Shown one piece after another: positions 38,301 through 52,916 of a stretch of 64,000 nt of DNA. The position numbers and the translations under genes were made by a program. The stretch is from Adineta vaga (Eukaryota > Animalia > Rotifera), in the NCBI GenBank assembly GCA_021613535.1, contig CP075495.1, positions 3,782,001-3,846,000 of the forward strand, read 5' to 3'. Under the pieces are notes generated by a model. The model searched no databases. It was not told the origin of the DNA and was given only the letters and a program-made list of their open reading frames with translations. How positions within the stretch are numbered: the first letter of the stretch is position 1; every line of letters starts with the position of its first letter.

Positions 38301-41300
38301 AGATGCTAATTTTGTCAATGATTGTTTACCACTACCACCAACACCAACCAACAATGCATTTCCACGTGGTGTTCGTATAATACGTGAGATTTTAACTAAA
38401 TGTGCCATTGCATCTTTGAAAAAGACTAAATCCATTCCAGAACCACGAATACTTTCATTATATTGAGTTAAATACATTTTTAAACGTTCTTCAAGAACGT
38501 CAAACGATGGAATAGGTTCATAGACTTTAGGCGCATCAAAATCAGCATCTTCAGGTTCATCACCTGTAGGTTCAGGTGCATCTCTAGAAAAATAGAACAG
38601 GGCATTTTTATTTTATCATAAATGAAACAAGGAAGAACAAAATATCAATGAACATCAGTGAATGTATACTGGTGAGAAAAGTGATACCTTAAGAAATCGA
38701 CGAAATAATCTTCTTTTTTAACCATTGTTTGATATTTTGCACCTAATTCTTCTTCAGCAACACGTTCAATCGTTTTATAAAACCAACGATAGTCATCACT
38801 TTCAGTGAATCTGTGAAATAAAAAGAAACAAGTGCTTTGTGCATGTGAAATTCGGGAAAATATTACTGGGAATATGTTTTTAACTAACAACATGAAAATA
38901 AAAACCTGAGAAAATGGACGAAATATGCATTTTCTCGCATATAAGTCCCTAATTTGTCTCCTAAACATTCTTCAGCCATTCGACAGAATGATTTCTCAAA
39001 CCAAGATACTTCCGTTTCAATGATAAATCTGATTATATAAAGAAATGATTTCCCCTTTTTTTTTCGTTTTAAACCTTTCTATTTACCTATCACATATAAC
39101 ACGTGTACATTCATGTTTCCATAAAGCAGTTACTGTCTTTTCGTTGTCAATGACTTGTGGAATTGTATTTATCATTCCTTGCCATATACGTGAAAGATCA
39201 CGTAAATTAAAAACATAATGAAATTTTGCTGGCGTTGGTAACATTTTGATTTTTGTTAATTGCCATAAACGTCTTGTTGCAGGTACAAGTTTTTCAATTA
39301 ATGATCGTACTTCTTGATTGAATCCACGTTCTTTAGCATAATGTCCCATAGCAATAACAGAGAAAATTTTATCAATAGAAACATTAGATGGTAATGTACA
39401 ATTAAAGATACAAAATTGTCGTTTAAGACGTTGTGGAATATCATTTCGACCACCACCTGGATGAATCATAGCAGCAAGTAATTGAATATCGACAATTGTC
39501 GTAAATTCACCTGGTTTTTCCAACGAATAAAAACCGTTTTGTTCCATTAATTGACGAACAATTTCATTAGTAATCTGATCACCCCATTCATTGATTGTTG
39601 GCATATTAACTGAAATTAATTTGTGAAAATTTAGTTCAAAAACAAATCTCATGTATCACTTACTATCATCAATAAAAACAGTCATCTTCTTGCCAGCTGG
39701 TGGACCATAGGTTGTACCAACACGTTTATCAACATACGATTCAATAATTCTTTGAACCATATTTGGTGTTGTTGCCGAAGAAAAATTCACCGTTTTTTGT
39801 GCATGTTCTTCTGCATTATATCGAGCCATATAGGATTGTATAATAACTGTTTTTGCTGTACCTTGTTCACCAATGAGAAGAACAGGCTAGAAGGAAGAGT
39901 GCTTTATTCTTCATTTCATATGATTTACTATTCAAATTTACTTTGTTTTGTTTAGCAATTGTATGTATAAGAAAATCTGTTCGAACATTATCAACATTGG
40001 GAACAAGAATTGATGCATATTCAGGATCATGATCTTTTGGATAATTATATTCAGTTACAACACTATTCCAATGTGTCCATGCACCAGTTTTTTCATGAAC
40101 AAAATAATCGAATATAGTATCTTCACTCTCAGCTGATATGGTTGGTGTATCCAAATGGAAATTTCCATCAGGATTATTCAGTATATAATCTTGTAAATGA
40201 GCACGATCATCTAATTCAAGAAATGCACCTACAGACCACATGATGGCAAAAACATATAGACGTTCGATATGTTGAGCATTCAATTGATCTTTTGCTTCTT
40301 TTGATGGTAATAAGCCATTTAATAATTTACATGCCTAGTATAAAATGTTATGTTTTTATTCAAATATATATATAAATAAATCAGATGAACAAGTATTTTA
40401 CCTGTGTAACAATCATACATTCAAGTACAGGCATTTTTGATTTGAGATGAAGAGCAAAATATCGATAAATAAATGGAAATGATGATTCAAATAATCGCAT
40501 TAGAATTTCACCATCATTTAATGATCGTTCACGTTTAATCCAACCCTATTGTGACGAAAGAAAAACATAGATGATAAAGAAAAGTTCATCTTAATTGTAT
40601 CAATACTTGAATTAAAGGTCGCCAATCTAAACCTGAACTACTCATATAAACCATACCATTCCGACTAACTGTTGCTGGTGATGCATTATCAATATTATGT
40701 ACTTCGAAAATAATTTTACAATTCGGTGCCATAGGTATTCGATCACCATTTGCTAATGTTAATGTTTTATTATCATCTAATACGGAATTTAAATTTTCAA
40801 TCCAAATAGCATCAACAGGACCATCTAAAACCAACCAAACAAATTCACCTTTTTTCGTTCGTAATGTTCGTCTCCATAATGTTGAAAATATGCCATCAGT
40901 CCAATCATTCGTTGATGCATCTAATCTTCCAAACATTTGTGGTGCTGTAATTGCTTTAGGATTCATACGCATTTCACGATGTGGTTCACCACAGAGTGTC
41001 ATTGCTTTCATCAATGTATGAATACAACATGTTTTGCCAACACCTGATGGTCCTAATGTCATCATACCATGACGAACACGTTGAGTTTCAAATAACTAAA
41101 AGTATTCAAATATATAAAAAGAAACCAATGTAATATTTTACTTGTATAATTTTTAATATCCATGGTGGATGACAGATCAATCCAGCAGCTAGTGTTTCTT
41201 TATCAATTGCTGCTTGTAATTCAGCATAGGTTTCTTTTTCTAATTTAATATTTGGAAAAAGATCATTGATTAACGAAATGAACAATGGTTCATCTTCATC

Positions 41301-44300
41301 AACCTAAGAGAGAGAAATCTTCTTTCGTTCAAAACAAAACATTGATTTTCTTACTAATTTCGATAAATTCATATCTCGCAGAACTCGCATAACAATTGTC
41401 CTTTCTAAATCATCTTTATTTGCACGTTTGACTGCACCCAATGTTCGTAAAACCGATAAAATATTTCGTAAACCAAAATCATAATGAACCTTAAAAGAAA
41501 TCGTCTTGTTAATAATCTCATAGAAAATCATCATTTAGAATCGTTACTTGTTTACTCAATTGTTCTTCACATAATTTGTAGAGTGTATAGAATTTCTTTG
41601 ATAAAGGCACATTTTCTCGAAAACCACATGCAGCCATTTTAACACGAATAATTGGTAAACGATCTGGTACCATCATTGCAACTGAACGAAAGTTAATTTT
41701 TAAATTTTCAGGTAATTCTTGTCGACCAGCATAACCAGGATTCATTGTAAGAAAAATACCGAATTCATTATTCATCTCAACCATATCACCATCAGTAAAT
41801 ACGAATTGACGTTTCTTTTCTTTCTTACAAGCAAGAACAATGGCAATTTGTTGTGCAGCAACAGAAAGTACAGGTAAATCGATACGATTAAATTCATCAA
41901 AACATCCGAATGAACCAGATTGTGCTAAACCTTTAAATATACGACCTAAACCACGAAAGTCCATTTGATCAGAACAATTGAAAACCTAACATTAAATATT
42001 CACGAATAATTTATCAAGATCCAAATTATACGATACTTACGACAACATATTTGCCAAGACAACGTCCCATATCTTTTACAGTTTCAGTTTTTCCTAAGAA
42101 TAAAACAAAATATACAAAATTCTCCAAAAACGTACATCCTCTAATAGGTTGTTTTACCTGTTCCAGCTGGTCCAGCAGGTGCTCCACCCATACTCATATG
42201 TAAAGCTTGTGCTAATGTAATATAACATCGATCTGTCAATGGTGTAATGACTAGACGTTCATTACAACCAAGAAATTCATTCATATAAGTAAAATCGACA
42301 TCCGTTATTGAAATTTGAACTTTATCTAATTCATCAACAAAATAGAATCTTGTTTGTTTAAGCCAATCAAAATCTGTGACAGATCGTACATTTGTGTGAA
42401 CAATTTCATCGAAAATATCTTTTTGATGAACATGTATAGTGATTAATGTTTCATATTTTGTACGTTCAACACGTGTTAAATCTTTTGTTGTTTGATCAAT
42501 TAATATATCAAGTAAATCACTGAAAACTTTAGCTGTTTGTTTCATAATATTTTTATCAGATTTCGCATTTCGTAATGCTTCAGTAGCATCACGTGTCCAA
42601 ATTAATTGAATACCTAATAGACCTACTTGAGCAGGATATGTATTAAGAAATTCAATGAGATTAAATGACGATGGATCTGATAAAGCATGATAAGCTTGAC
42701 GAATAACACCATGTAAAGATCGTTGTGATTCTTTGAGAAGTGACATTAACCATACTTCAACATTACCTTCCGCTTTTACAGGTTTTTCAAGCTAAACAGA
42801 AAAGTATATTTGTATGAAATCGAAAATATATGTTGTTAGGATTTCATTTACTTCAACAGTTTCTCCTTCCGATGATTCGATAGTTAAAATTTTATCATAT
42901 TCTTTTTCATGAAAACGTATAGTTTTAATATTATCAAAAACACTTAATAGATGTGCTTTGATCGTATGTGGATCACTTGCTTGTCCTAGAATTTCTAGTA
43001 AAGCTGGATCCGAAACAAAGAAAAATCGTGGAAATAGAAGACGTTTGCGTTCTAAATAACCAGTTAACGATTTCTGACATAGTTCTAATTGTTCAAGTAA
43101 ATGTGGTAATAATTGTTTTAATGTTTCATCAGTTGTACAACAAGGTACAACAGCAGGTTGTTCATGTGCTTTAGACATAATTTTAAGCCAAGATTTATCA
43201 ATGGATGAAAAACGTTTCGCTTCCTGTGGTAATTGTTTTGCAATATCCCCACCAACAAAAACAGCTTCAAGATAAACCCATAAATTTTGTACACGCATCC
43301 AATTTTCAATGATTTCATTTGTATCAGTTAAATCTTTCACCCATTTTTGAATTTGTTTACGAAATGGAACATTATATCTAGTTACAAAAAGAGAACAATG
43401 GTCGATGTTTTCATTTAAATTAAATAACAAACCGATTCGACATTAATGAACCAAGTAACATTAAAGAATCTTCTAGTAAACTGATGACTTCTTGAATTCG
43501 ATCACCTTTCAATAATAATTCTCCTCGTGTTTTAAATTGAGCAAAATTAAATTCTTGCGTTCTCCAATCGATTTCTACTTGTTTCATTTTAGCTTCAATA
43601 TCACGTTCTTTTACAGCAGCAATACAAATATCTTCAATATCTTCTTTGAATTGTAATAATGGAAGATCCATTACATTTCGTAAACGAAAATCATCTGCTT
43701 CAATATCTAAATTATGTACACCAGTTACTTCAGCTATACGTTGCCAATGACGCGTTTGCATGGCTCGATTTGACATCATTTCTAGCAATGGACAACCTAG
43801 AATGTGTGTTTTTATGTGATAAAATAAATTCAATTTTTCTTCAATTGAAACTTACATTCACTAAAATCATCAATGGTCTTTTTCAATGCATGAAAAGCTG
43901 GAAATTCTCGTAAACCTTTCGGTAACTTTCGACATGCATTTTGAAAATCTGATAATTCTTGATTAATTTTATCAATATTAACATCAACCCATGAGATATC
44001 GAAATAACCAGCAACTGTGTCCAACACTCGATTGTACAAACTGTAGAGACGCTGTAATAAAGTTAAATCTTTTCGAATTTTTTCCAATTGTGGAAAGTCA
44101 GTGACAGGTAATCCAAATAGTAATTCTCCACCATGATATGTTTCATATTTTTTATATAAATTTTCTACTCGACTCTGAAATAAGATTTGTCGATCACTGG
44201 ATTCACGTGGTGTCAAACCAGGTAATGTTGGTCCACCATGTTCATAATCTTCATAGAATTTTTCACATTCTTCAATGAATACTTTCATATTTTCCAGTAA

Positions 44301-47300
44301 TTCGGCACGTTTCGATGGTTGAATTTTTATCAAATGTGTTGTAATTTCACTCTAAACAGATCGAAAAAATGTAAGCAAAAAAAGAAAACAGGTGCCAATC
44401 GTAAATTAATTACTGAACGTGTCTGAAGTTTGCCCCAATTGTATCGAATTGTTTCAGCTCGATCAGCTTCTTCTCGAGGAATAGCAATACCATGAGCTTG
44501 TAACATTGTATAGGATTCTTCAATAGGTCCTATACTCATATCAATACGAATTTCATTATCACGTAAATCTTTAATAGCAAGCATGACTAAACGAATATCT
44601 TCCAGATCTTTAATGCCACGTGATAGACGTTTTTCAATATCTTCAATAAATGCTCGAACTTCATTCATTTCTTTACGATATTTTGCATTGCATGCTTGTC
44701 CATAAGCAGCAATCCAATCTTGAATTTCATGATTAAGAGCATATTTCAAATGTTCTACAGTGAAAAGAATAGAAATTCCAATGAATGAATGAATGAATGA
44801 ATGAATGAATGAATGAATGAATAAAAATCGTATCATACCGGTGTAAATTGCTAATGAACCAACAGCTATAAAATCTGATTGTGTATTAATACCTTCGGAT
44901 AGACTTTCATAAAATTTAATCTTTGCTTCAAATTCTGAGACACGTGGATCATTTGATAGAAAAGCTTTCAATTCATCTTCACGATCTCGTTGCCATAATG
45001 AATTGAATTGAGTGAATACTCCTAATGCTGCTGTCACATCCTAGAAAGTAACAAAATGAATTAATTTTTCTCTATGAAAAACAATAAACCCCGACTTTTT
45101 TTGTTGAATTGATACATGTTGCTAAGATTGCGACTAATTTTGCAACATCTTTATTTTCTGACACATTCTTATAATAATTATTTGCTGGAATAAATTGTAC
45201 TCGATCTTGTCGATGATCACTAGTCGTTGTTGTTGTTGTTTCATTAGCACGTGTACGACTCGTTGTATTATCATTTGCTGTTTGTGCTTGATGAGTTAAA
45301 TCTCGTGTTGATGAATCAAGATTCATACCAGTTGGTGTCAATCCAGGTGTCATTGGAACACCGTCTTCATCACGATCGGATATAGGATGAATTCCAATAT
45401 GCGATTCATTATCACCAGTTGTTGGATCTAGTGTTGCATCAGGATTATTGTCACGTTTACTTTGCTAAAGAAGAAAATAAAGAGAAATTAGGATGATGAA
45501 AATTTGATATAAGAATCAATCCATGCAATTTGATTCAAAAGGAAGATAGAAAAAAAAGAAATTATTGTTAAATTGATGAAAAAAGAGACATGCATCGCAA
45601 GAAACTCTACTTGGCGATTTAATTTTCTTAATAAAGATAAATCATTGTTTGATGACTGAAGTATGCCTAGATCAACTAGGATTTTAATAGTATTTACAGA
45701 TAATATTATTGTCTAAAAGAGAAGTGATAGATTGTTTCATGTTCTTATCCATAGGTTGCATTTATTCATCTGTTATATAAAGAAAACTATTGAATTTCTT
45801 GATACTTACTCTTTGTCGAGTTTTATCCCATTGTGCGATAGTTTTAGCTATGGAAACAATTGTTTGTGTTGCCTTATTCAAATAAATTTGTACTTCTTCA
45901 GTTGGTGGTCGAATAGTAATATGTGGAATAGCTAATTCGGCAAATACTTTAAATAACGGTGCTTCTCGATGATGTCGACCTAATAAGAAAAAAAACAATG
46001 ATATTTGAATAGTGTAATTGTTTTAATTACCATAACTAAGTGTGGATGTGATACGTCGTCTTAATTTTTCTAATGTCATTTTAATAACACGTATAAGTGC
46101 ATCAACATTTCGATGACTAAAATGACTGATTAATTCCGTAATTGCAGTTTGTAGGATTTCATTTTGTTGTTCACGTTTACGACGTGTCGATGCACTTAGA
46201 ACAGTTGCTGATCGATTTCTTCCAACATTTGATAAACCAGCTGATGTTAATCGACTTCGATTGAGTGCACTTCCTCGTTGTCGAGCACTATGTGAAGATT
46301 TCTGTGTATTCTGAACAATTGTTTCATCTAAATAAGAATTTCAACGATATTTTCTAGAGAGGAAAAATAAGCGAGAATCACGAACCATCCACTTCTTCAC
46401 CACTATCATCATCATCGTCGTCATTGTTAAGATGTGAAGCAACATTCGAATATTGAACTTGTCCATCACTATCTACAACAACATCTCCACATAACAGATC
46501 GATAACTTCGAGAGCAGCATCTTCAACATTATGAGATTTCATTTGTATTTGTTTTGATGCTTGATTACATAAATTCTATTGTGAAAGAAGAGTTTACAAA
46601 AAAGAAAAAATCTTATTCTTAGTTTTCATCGACAAATTACTTGTGTATGTTGAAGAAATTCTTCTGGTGTAATTGCTTCATCATCTGGTATATCACAAAG
46701 TGACATAGTAGCTATTTCATTGAGTACGGAATCAATTCGAAATGTAATTAAATCATTTGCACGATCTAACATTAAATCAAATTCATTCAAAGCAGAATTA
46801 ACCTGAATATGAATAGAGTTATTTTCTTTGTTCAAAGAAAAAGAAAGAGAATTCAACATACTGAATTAATATAATCATCAATAGTTAAAGATGCCCATGT
46901 TAAAGATGTTAAACCAGGTTTAATAATATCATTTAAACGTTGAATTTTTGGTGTTAATAATGCTTCAAATGGTTGTTTAATTTTTTCTCGTAAATGTTTA
47001 TTCTTTTCAACTAATTGTGTTAAATCTTGATAATGCTTTTTTAATATATCTTCCCGTTGTGCTAAAATAGCTGCATCGTTCGGAATTTCTAAACCTAATC
47101 GTGCTAAACATTGAGTTTCACGTATTAATTCTAAAATATGTGGATCAAAATTCACCAAATAATCTGGATTTGTTAATGATGTTGATGTCACAATTGATGA
47201 TGAAGGTGCATTTGTTGTTCCACCAGCAGATAGATCATCTCGATTAACACGTATTAATAAACTTGAATGAATACCCGTTGCAACAACATCAACTTGCCGA

Positions 47301-49846
47301 CGCCAACCATCGTGATAAACAATTTCATATGTTAGAAGTACTTTTGATAATTGATTGTAGTTTTTAATGATTTTTTTTGCTCCAGGATATTGAAGAATAG
47401 TTTTATTTTCAACAAAGACATCCATTGGTTGTTGTATACGCATGTACAATTGACGAGCCCATGTAATTCGACCTTGAAAAAACAAACAATGAGAAACGAA
47501 AGATATTGTTAAAGAATAATCTTACCAGCAATCGGTGGTAGATCACGAGATATCAAAGGATCTTTTGCATGTTTTTGATAAATTTTTGCAACTGTATCTA
47601 AATCTTTAGAATATTGTTGTAAAATTTTCGCATATTTATCATTTAGACCAATATTGGGTATTTGTAATTTTTCAAAACGTTTCAAAGAATCTAATGCTCG
47701 TTCTGTATTTCGAATAGCATTGAAATATTTATCGAGAAAATCATTTAAACTCGTATGAAGATCTGATATTGAACGATCAAAATCAGCTAAATCATCATCA
47801 ACATCTTGTTTACGTTGATCTAGAAAATCATAATCTTTCTTCTTCATCGATGTCACAATCATATTAAATTTCGAATAAAATGGTGCAATGCCTTCAAGTT
47901 TTGAATCAGCTAAATGCGAATAAATATTAATTTTTGCAAACATATCAATAATTTTTTCACAACGTCGAACAAATGAATCGAATTTGCCAAATATATACAT
48001 TTCACTAAAATCAAATTGACGTTCAGATGGATCAGTTGCTAATTTCGCTTTAGTCAATTGAAAACTACGTTGATATTCAGTATTTAATTTAATACAATCG
48101 CGTAATTTCGATATGACATGAGCTTGATTTTGTGACCAAATTGTTTGAGTATAATTATCCGTTATATACATTTTTGATGTCGTTATCATTTGATTGGTTA
48201 TCTGTTAGGAAAGAAAAAAAGGAACACATATTCAATGAGGAATTAGATTGATCAAAGAAAACGAATTTACTTTCACAAATAATGATGTCATTCGTTCTGA
48301 TGTATTGTAATATTGTGATATTGAATGAATCATTCGTACAGCATTAATTAAACCTGGAATACTTTCTAACATGCCAACTGGATCGGAATTATACAATGGT
48401 TCACAAAATTTTTCTAGTGTATATAAATATCGAACGTTATCTTTCGCTTCATTTGCTGCATCAGTTATTTTACCATCCAACACTTTCCATTGCTATTATG
48501 AAATCAAAGTTTTATAAGAACGTTATTTTTTGTTTGTTAGAAAAGAAGTTTACTTGAATAAGTTTTGATCTTGCTGTTTGTAGAATTGTAAGGACACCTT
48601 TGACATCTTGTCCTTTGATTTGATGAAGTAGAAAATTAAATTTTGTCATTCGTTTTTTCCAATAGTCAAGTTCAGCACGTGGACCAATGTTATCAGCTTC
48701 TCGACGAATTTGTTCACTCTCTGCAAGAACCTATCAATAAAATTACATATTAGAAACAAAAGAAAAGAAGAAGTTTTAAATTCGTTTTGTTTGTTACTTG
48801 TTCCATTTGTTTAATCCATGTTTTCATTGTTTCTTCAACACATGTAAGATTGTCATTATTCGATGCAACGGATATATAATCAGCATGATTTTGTAATTGT
48901 GTTAAATCAATTTTATCACAAGGTTTTAAGAGAATTCGTTCATTAATACTTTCTTGTGCACTGTTCAATGTTGCAACAAAATTACTCAAACGACTAAGAA
49001 AATCAACTTTCAGTAATTGATTATTATCTGAACCTGTTAATTTTCCCCAAATTGTATCGGATATTTGAAGATATGGTAAATAAATATCAGCAATAGATCG
49101 ACTTAATGCTTGAAGTAATGGTTCAGTATTACATTCAAATGTATAGAAAAGAACTTCCTATAGAATTATGGTATGATAGATAAAAAACGAATGATATTTT
49201 TCAAACGTACATTAACAATATTTTGTGGATTGATTGCTGTTTTTTTCGAATTACGTTGAAAACACAGGCAAATACCTCGTAAACTTTGTTCTTTTAAATT
49301 TGCGATCAATACTTTAGGTTTTGCTGGTTTAAGACTAGCTGCATTAGCACGAGTTGAATATGGTGATAAACCGCGACGATAGGAATCAGCTAAGATGATT
49401 TATAAAGCAACAAATATGAGTTTAATACTGAAAAACTTAAGAATTATTTACCTCCATTTTGATAGACTTCTGGTTCTGGTTCTTGATAGAAGAAAACTAA
49501 ATATTGACTGCCATTTTCAGCAAAAAACTCATCCATTAAGCCAAACTATAAAAAGATAGTATCGAGCAAACATTAGTTTTCTATTCATAATTCTAAATCA
49601 ATTAGACATACATTATGACTATCGAGTAAATTGTCTTCAACTTCGGTTCGTTCAATTCCGAGTCGTGTAGCAATAATATCGAATAAATGTCGATGTCGTT
49701 CATCGAGCGTAGCTCGTTTTTGATCACGTTCTTCCCGTAAACGTTGCTGAAATAACAATTTGAAATTTCAGTTCAATTATCCGAAAAAAAATTAAACTTA
49801 CTGCATATTCAGCCGCCGAAACATTAGGTCTCGTGCGTTGAAACAT
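32321..49846 (-). CDS. DNAH5: Axonemal outer-arm dynein heavy chain (gamma type, DNAH5/DNAH8-like), full length, many exons
   Basis: P-loops GPAGTGKT (AAA1), GPSGVGKT (AAA2), GEQGTAKT (AAA3, DNAH5-type) and GVGGSGKQ (AAA4); CFDEFNR; stalk coiled coil; C-term [16 protein letters not shown] at 49846 ([15 protein letters not shown]). Confidence 0.96.
38688..38810 (-). other. Dynein alternative exon B (123 nt)
   Basis: ag|A TTC ACT GAA…GAT TTC TTA AG|gt encodes [40 protein letters not shown]. Confidence 0.9.
38906..39028 (-). other. Dynein alternative exon A (123 nt)
   Basis: ag|A TTT ATC ATT GAA…CAT TTT CTC AG|gt encodes [40 protein letters not shown]. Confidence 0.85.
44780..44822. repeat. 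(AATG)n microsatellite in a dynein intron
   Basis: About 10 perfect tetranucleotide copies. Confidence 0.95.
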
Positions 49847-51422
49847 CTTCGAATCGATTGACTTTCGTTATTTTAATATTCTGATATAAAAAGAAAAGAA
49901 AAAAGGAAAACTTTTTTTTTGATCTATATTATTGCATCTTCGAACTAATATTTCATGGCAGTGCACCTTATCAAATCAAACAATAACAATGAGAAATTCT
50001 TTTTTTTATATGAATGTCTATATGCGTTGTTAGGTGCGTTGATGTGTGTACGTTACAAGAACAGAAGAAGAAGAAGAAATTGAAGATTTCTCACTCGTTC
50101 GTCCAAAAATAAAAGAAATAACAAATGTATATATGTTAATCAGATATAAATAAATATATATATGTATAAAGAAGACAAACGAGGTCTGTTTCATTTCTTC
50201 TGAGTTAATCTCATTTCGATTGATTATCTAGAATAATATTCAATAATACATTCATTAAGAAAACATTCGAATAATTTAATGAAATTGATTATGTTAAGAA
50301 GAAGAAAAACTTGAATAAATAAATTGTCTGCATGTACTTATTTTCTTTTACTTTCAATTTAATAGGTCATACATTGAAGAATTCAAGATGTTTTTCTTTG
50401 TAGAATAAAAAAGAAAAGAATTGTTCACTTGAATAATTGGTAATACTTCAACGTGATGTTTGTCATTTAAAAGACTTAAAGGAATTGTTGTCTATATATC
50501 GTTTATATTCTTTTGAGAAATGGTATTGAAAATGAAGATGAATTTGTTATTGTTACCATGGATGTGTATGTTTCTTTAGCTTTGGATTACGAATGTTATT
50601 TAATGGTTTCTTCAATTATTATAATTGATCTTAAAAAAATACAGGAAAAAGAAAGAATGATTTTGTATTCATCTAGAGATGAGAGCAAAAAAGTTGCTGT
50701 TTTAATCGGTAATTATTGTAAGTTTATGTTTTATGAATTTAGTTTCCTTTTACTATTGACATTCGATATTCGATCAGAGAAAAAGAAAAAAAGCTATTAA
50801 CGTATTGGTGAGATGTGATTAATATTCTGTCATTGTTATGTAAAATACTATGACAACGATAACTAACACGAGATAATTAAATAATAACAATTGTTTGTTA
50901 TCATGTTCGTCAATTGGGTTATATCAGTCATGAAAATTAGATTACACTTAGCTTGTAAAAAGAATTAAATTTTGGTTAATCGAGAGATGCCGCTATGTTG
51001 TTTCATATGTGGAAAGCGTGGTTGTTATATTTTTATTTAGAATAAGAAAATTATTCTACGATTAAATACTCTCAATGTTTAATCTACTCGTTTGACACTG
51101 ACATGTCAAATATGTGTGAATCTTCATATAAACAAAACATGTATATTTATTATATCCAGTGTTCACAATAAAAATATCTTATTATGATATTTTTTAAGAA
51201 TATGTGAAGACTAATTAAGAAAATGTTTTTCATGGAATAGGAAGTATACTACATTAATTGTATTAATATCATGATTCGTAGAAGATATTCATCGATTGCT
51301 CCTGGATAAGAATTGACATATATCTGTACATCGGTTGTTGAGTTCAGTAAGTTAACAACATTTATATATTTTACATCACTGCGATATATTTTTTCAAACA
51401 AGAATGAATAGATAATATTTTG

Positions 51423-52916
51423 TTAAACAAAATCTTTGGAAACAATTGAATTTCTATCATTCATGGGATTTTCAACGATTACTGTTGGTAAATGATCGAC
51501 TAGGAGAGATTTTTTTTCATGAAGTTGACTACCATTAAATTGATGATAGGAACATTTGCCTGTTGTTGACATTGTTCGAATACCTCCACCACCATTCACA
51601 CCCATTAGTTGTTTAACTGTATATTCTTTATATAAATATACGGGATCAGAACGACGAACTTTCGTTGAATAACGACAATCATCACATAGAAGAATAAAAC
51701 TTTGTCGAAATTTTGTTGACATAACAGAATATAGTAATGGATTAATCTATTGAAGAAAAAAGAAAATTATTCATCTCTCAACGTCTTCAACGTCAATAAT
51801 TAGTATAATTTAAACTCTAACGGAATCTTTCTTTAAAATCTTTCTTTTTTTATAAAGTCTATAATCTTAACTTACAGCTGAATTGAGATACAGAAGTGTT
51901 CTTGTAATAATAGCAATAAATGCATGTCGATGAAAACCTAACATATTTATTTCATCGGGACTTAATCGTTGATAAATAAAAGCCCAAATTTTATATGGTA
52001 GAATACATATAAAAAATGTCATGATCAATGTAATCAATAATTTGGCTACTTGACGACGATAACGTGTAACAATTGAGTTGTCACGTAAAAGTGCTTCTCG
52101 ACTGAATAATATACAACAAATGGAAAAATGCCAATAACAAAGCATTAAGAAAACAAAGAGATAAACACATAATGTAGAGAAGATTAAGTATGTATCTTTC
52201 CACGAGTCAGGAAATGTTGTAAAACCTATAATATGAAATATTTCTTCAGGCAAACTATGGAATTTTTATCTTTAACTTACATATTACGATCGTTTCACCA
52301 TAGATTGATTGTACTGTTCCTATACTGGAATACATAAAGAATGGAACTGAAATTGCACAAGATACAATCCAAATGGCCACTACAGTCGGTAATGTTCGAA
52401 ATAGAGTGAAACGAAGAGCAGATGTCTATATAAAGAAAACAAATAATACTAATTATATTCGTATATATTGTATTTACTTTCAAGGGTTGACAAATTGCAA
52501 TATATCTTTCATAACTAATTGCCATAATAGATAGTACTGAACATGTTGATGTGACATTTTGTACAAATGGACTAAAACTACCTGAAAGAGAAGAAAACAG
52601 AAGATCTTCTCAATATAATTTCTATTCAAAACATACACATGAATTTTCCCAAACGATGTTTATCTTCTCCATACAAATGTTGATAACCTTCATGAATACA
52701 GAATATTAATAGAAATAAATCTGCAACGGATAAATTTGTTAAAAGAAGATTTGTTGCATTACGCATATTTCGATATCGTGTAACAATAATAATAACCAAA
52801 ATATTTCCAATAACGCCAATAATTAAGATAATACTGTAAAAAATACATGCCGTTGTTTGTAAACCAGGAAACCATTGAATTGATTCATTCACATGATTAC
52901 TTTCATTGTCGAGCAT
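51423..52916 (-). CDS. Class A peptide GPCR, ecdysis-triggering hormone receptor (ETHR)/TRHR-like; 5 coding exons
   Basis: GVIGN..V, MRNATNLLLTNLSVADL, AISYERYIAICQPLK, RRQVAKLL…FFICILPY and LLYLNSAINPLLYSVMSTKFRQSF are present. Confidence 0.85.

Noticed and set aside
42141-42160. Intron start reads GKTT in frame, mimicking the AAA1 P-loop end
   Set aside because: The true GKTETVKD is supplied by the next exon. The match is too short to support intron gain by duplication.
32305-45935. Plus-strand ORFs overlapping dynein
   Set aside because: Antisense shadows of the codon-biased dynein exons.
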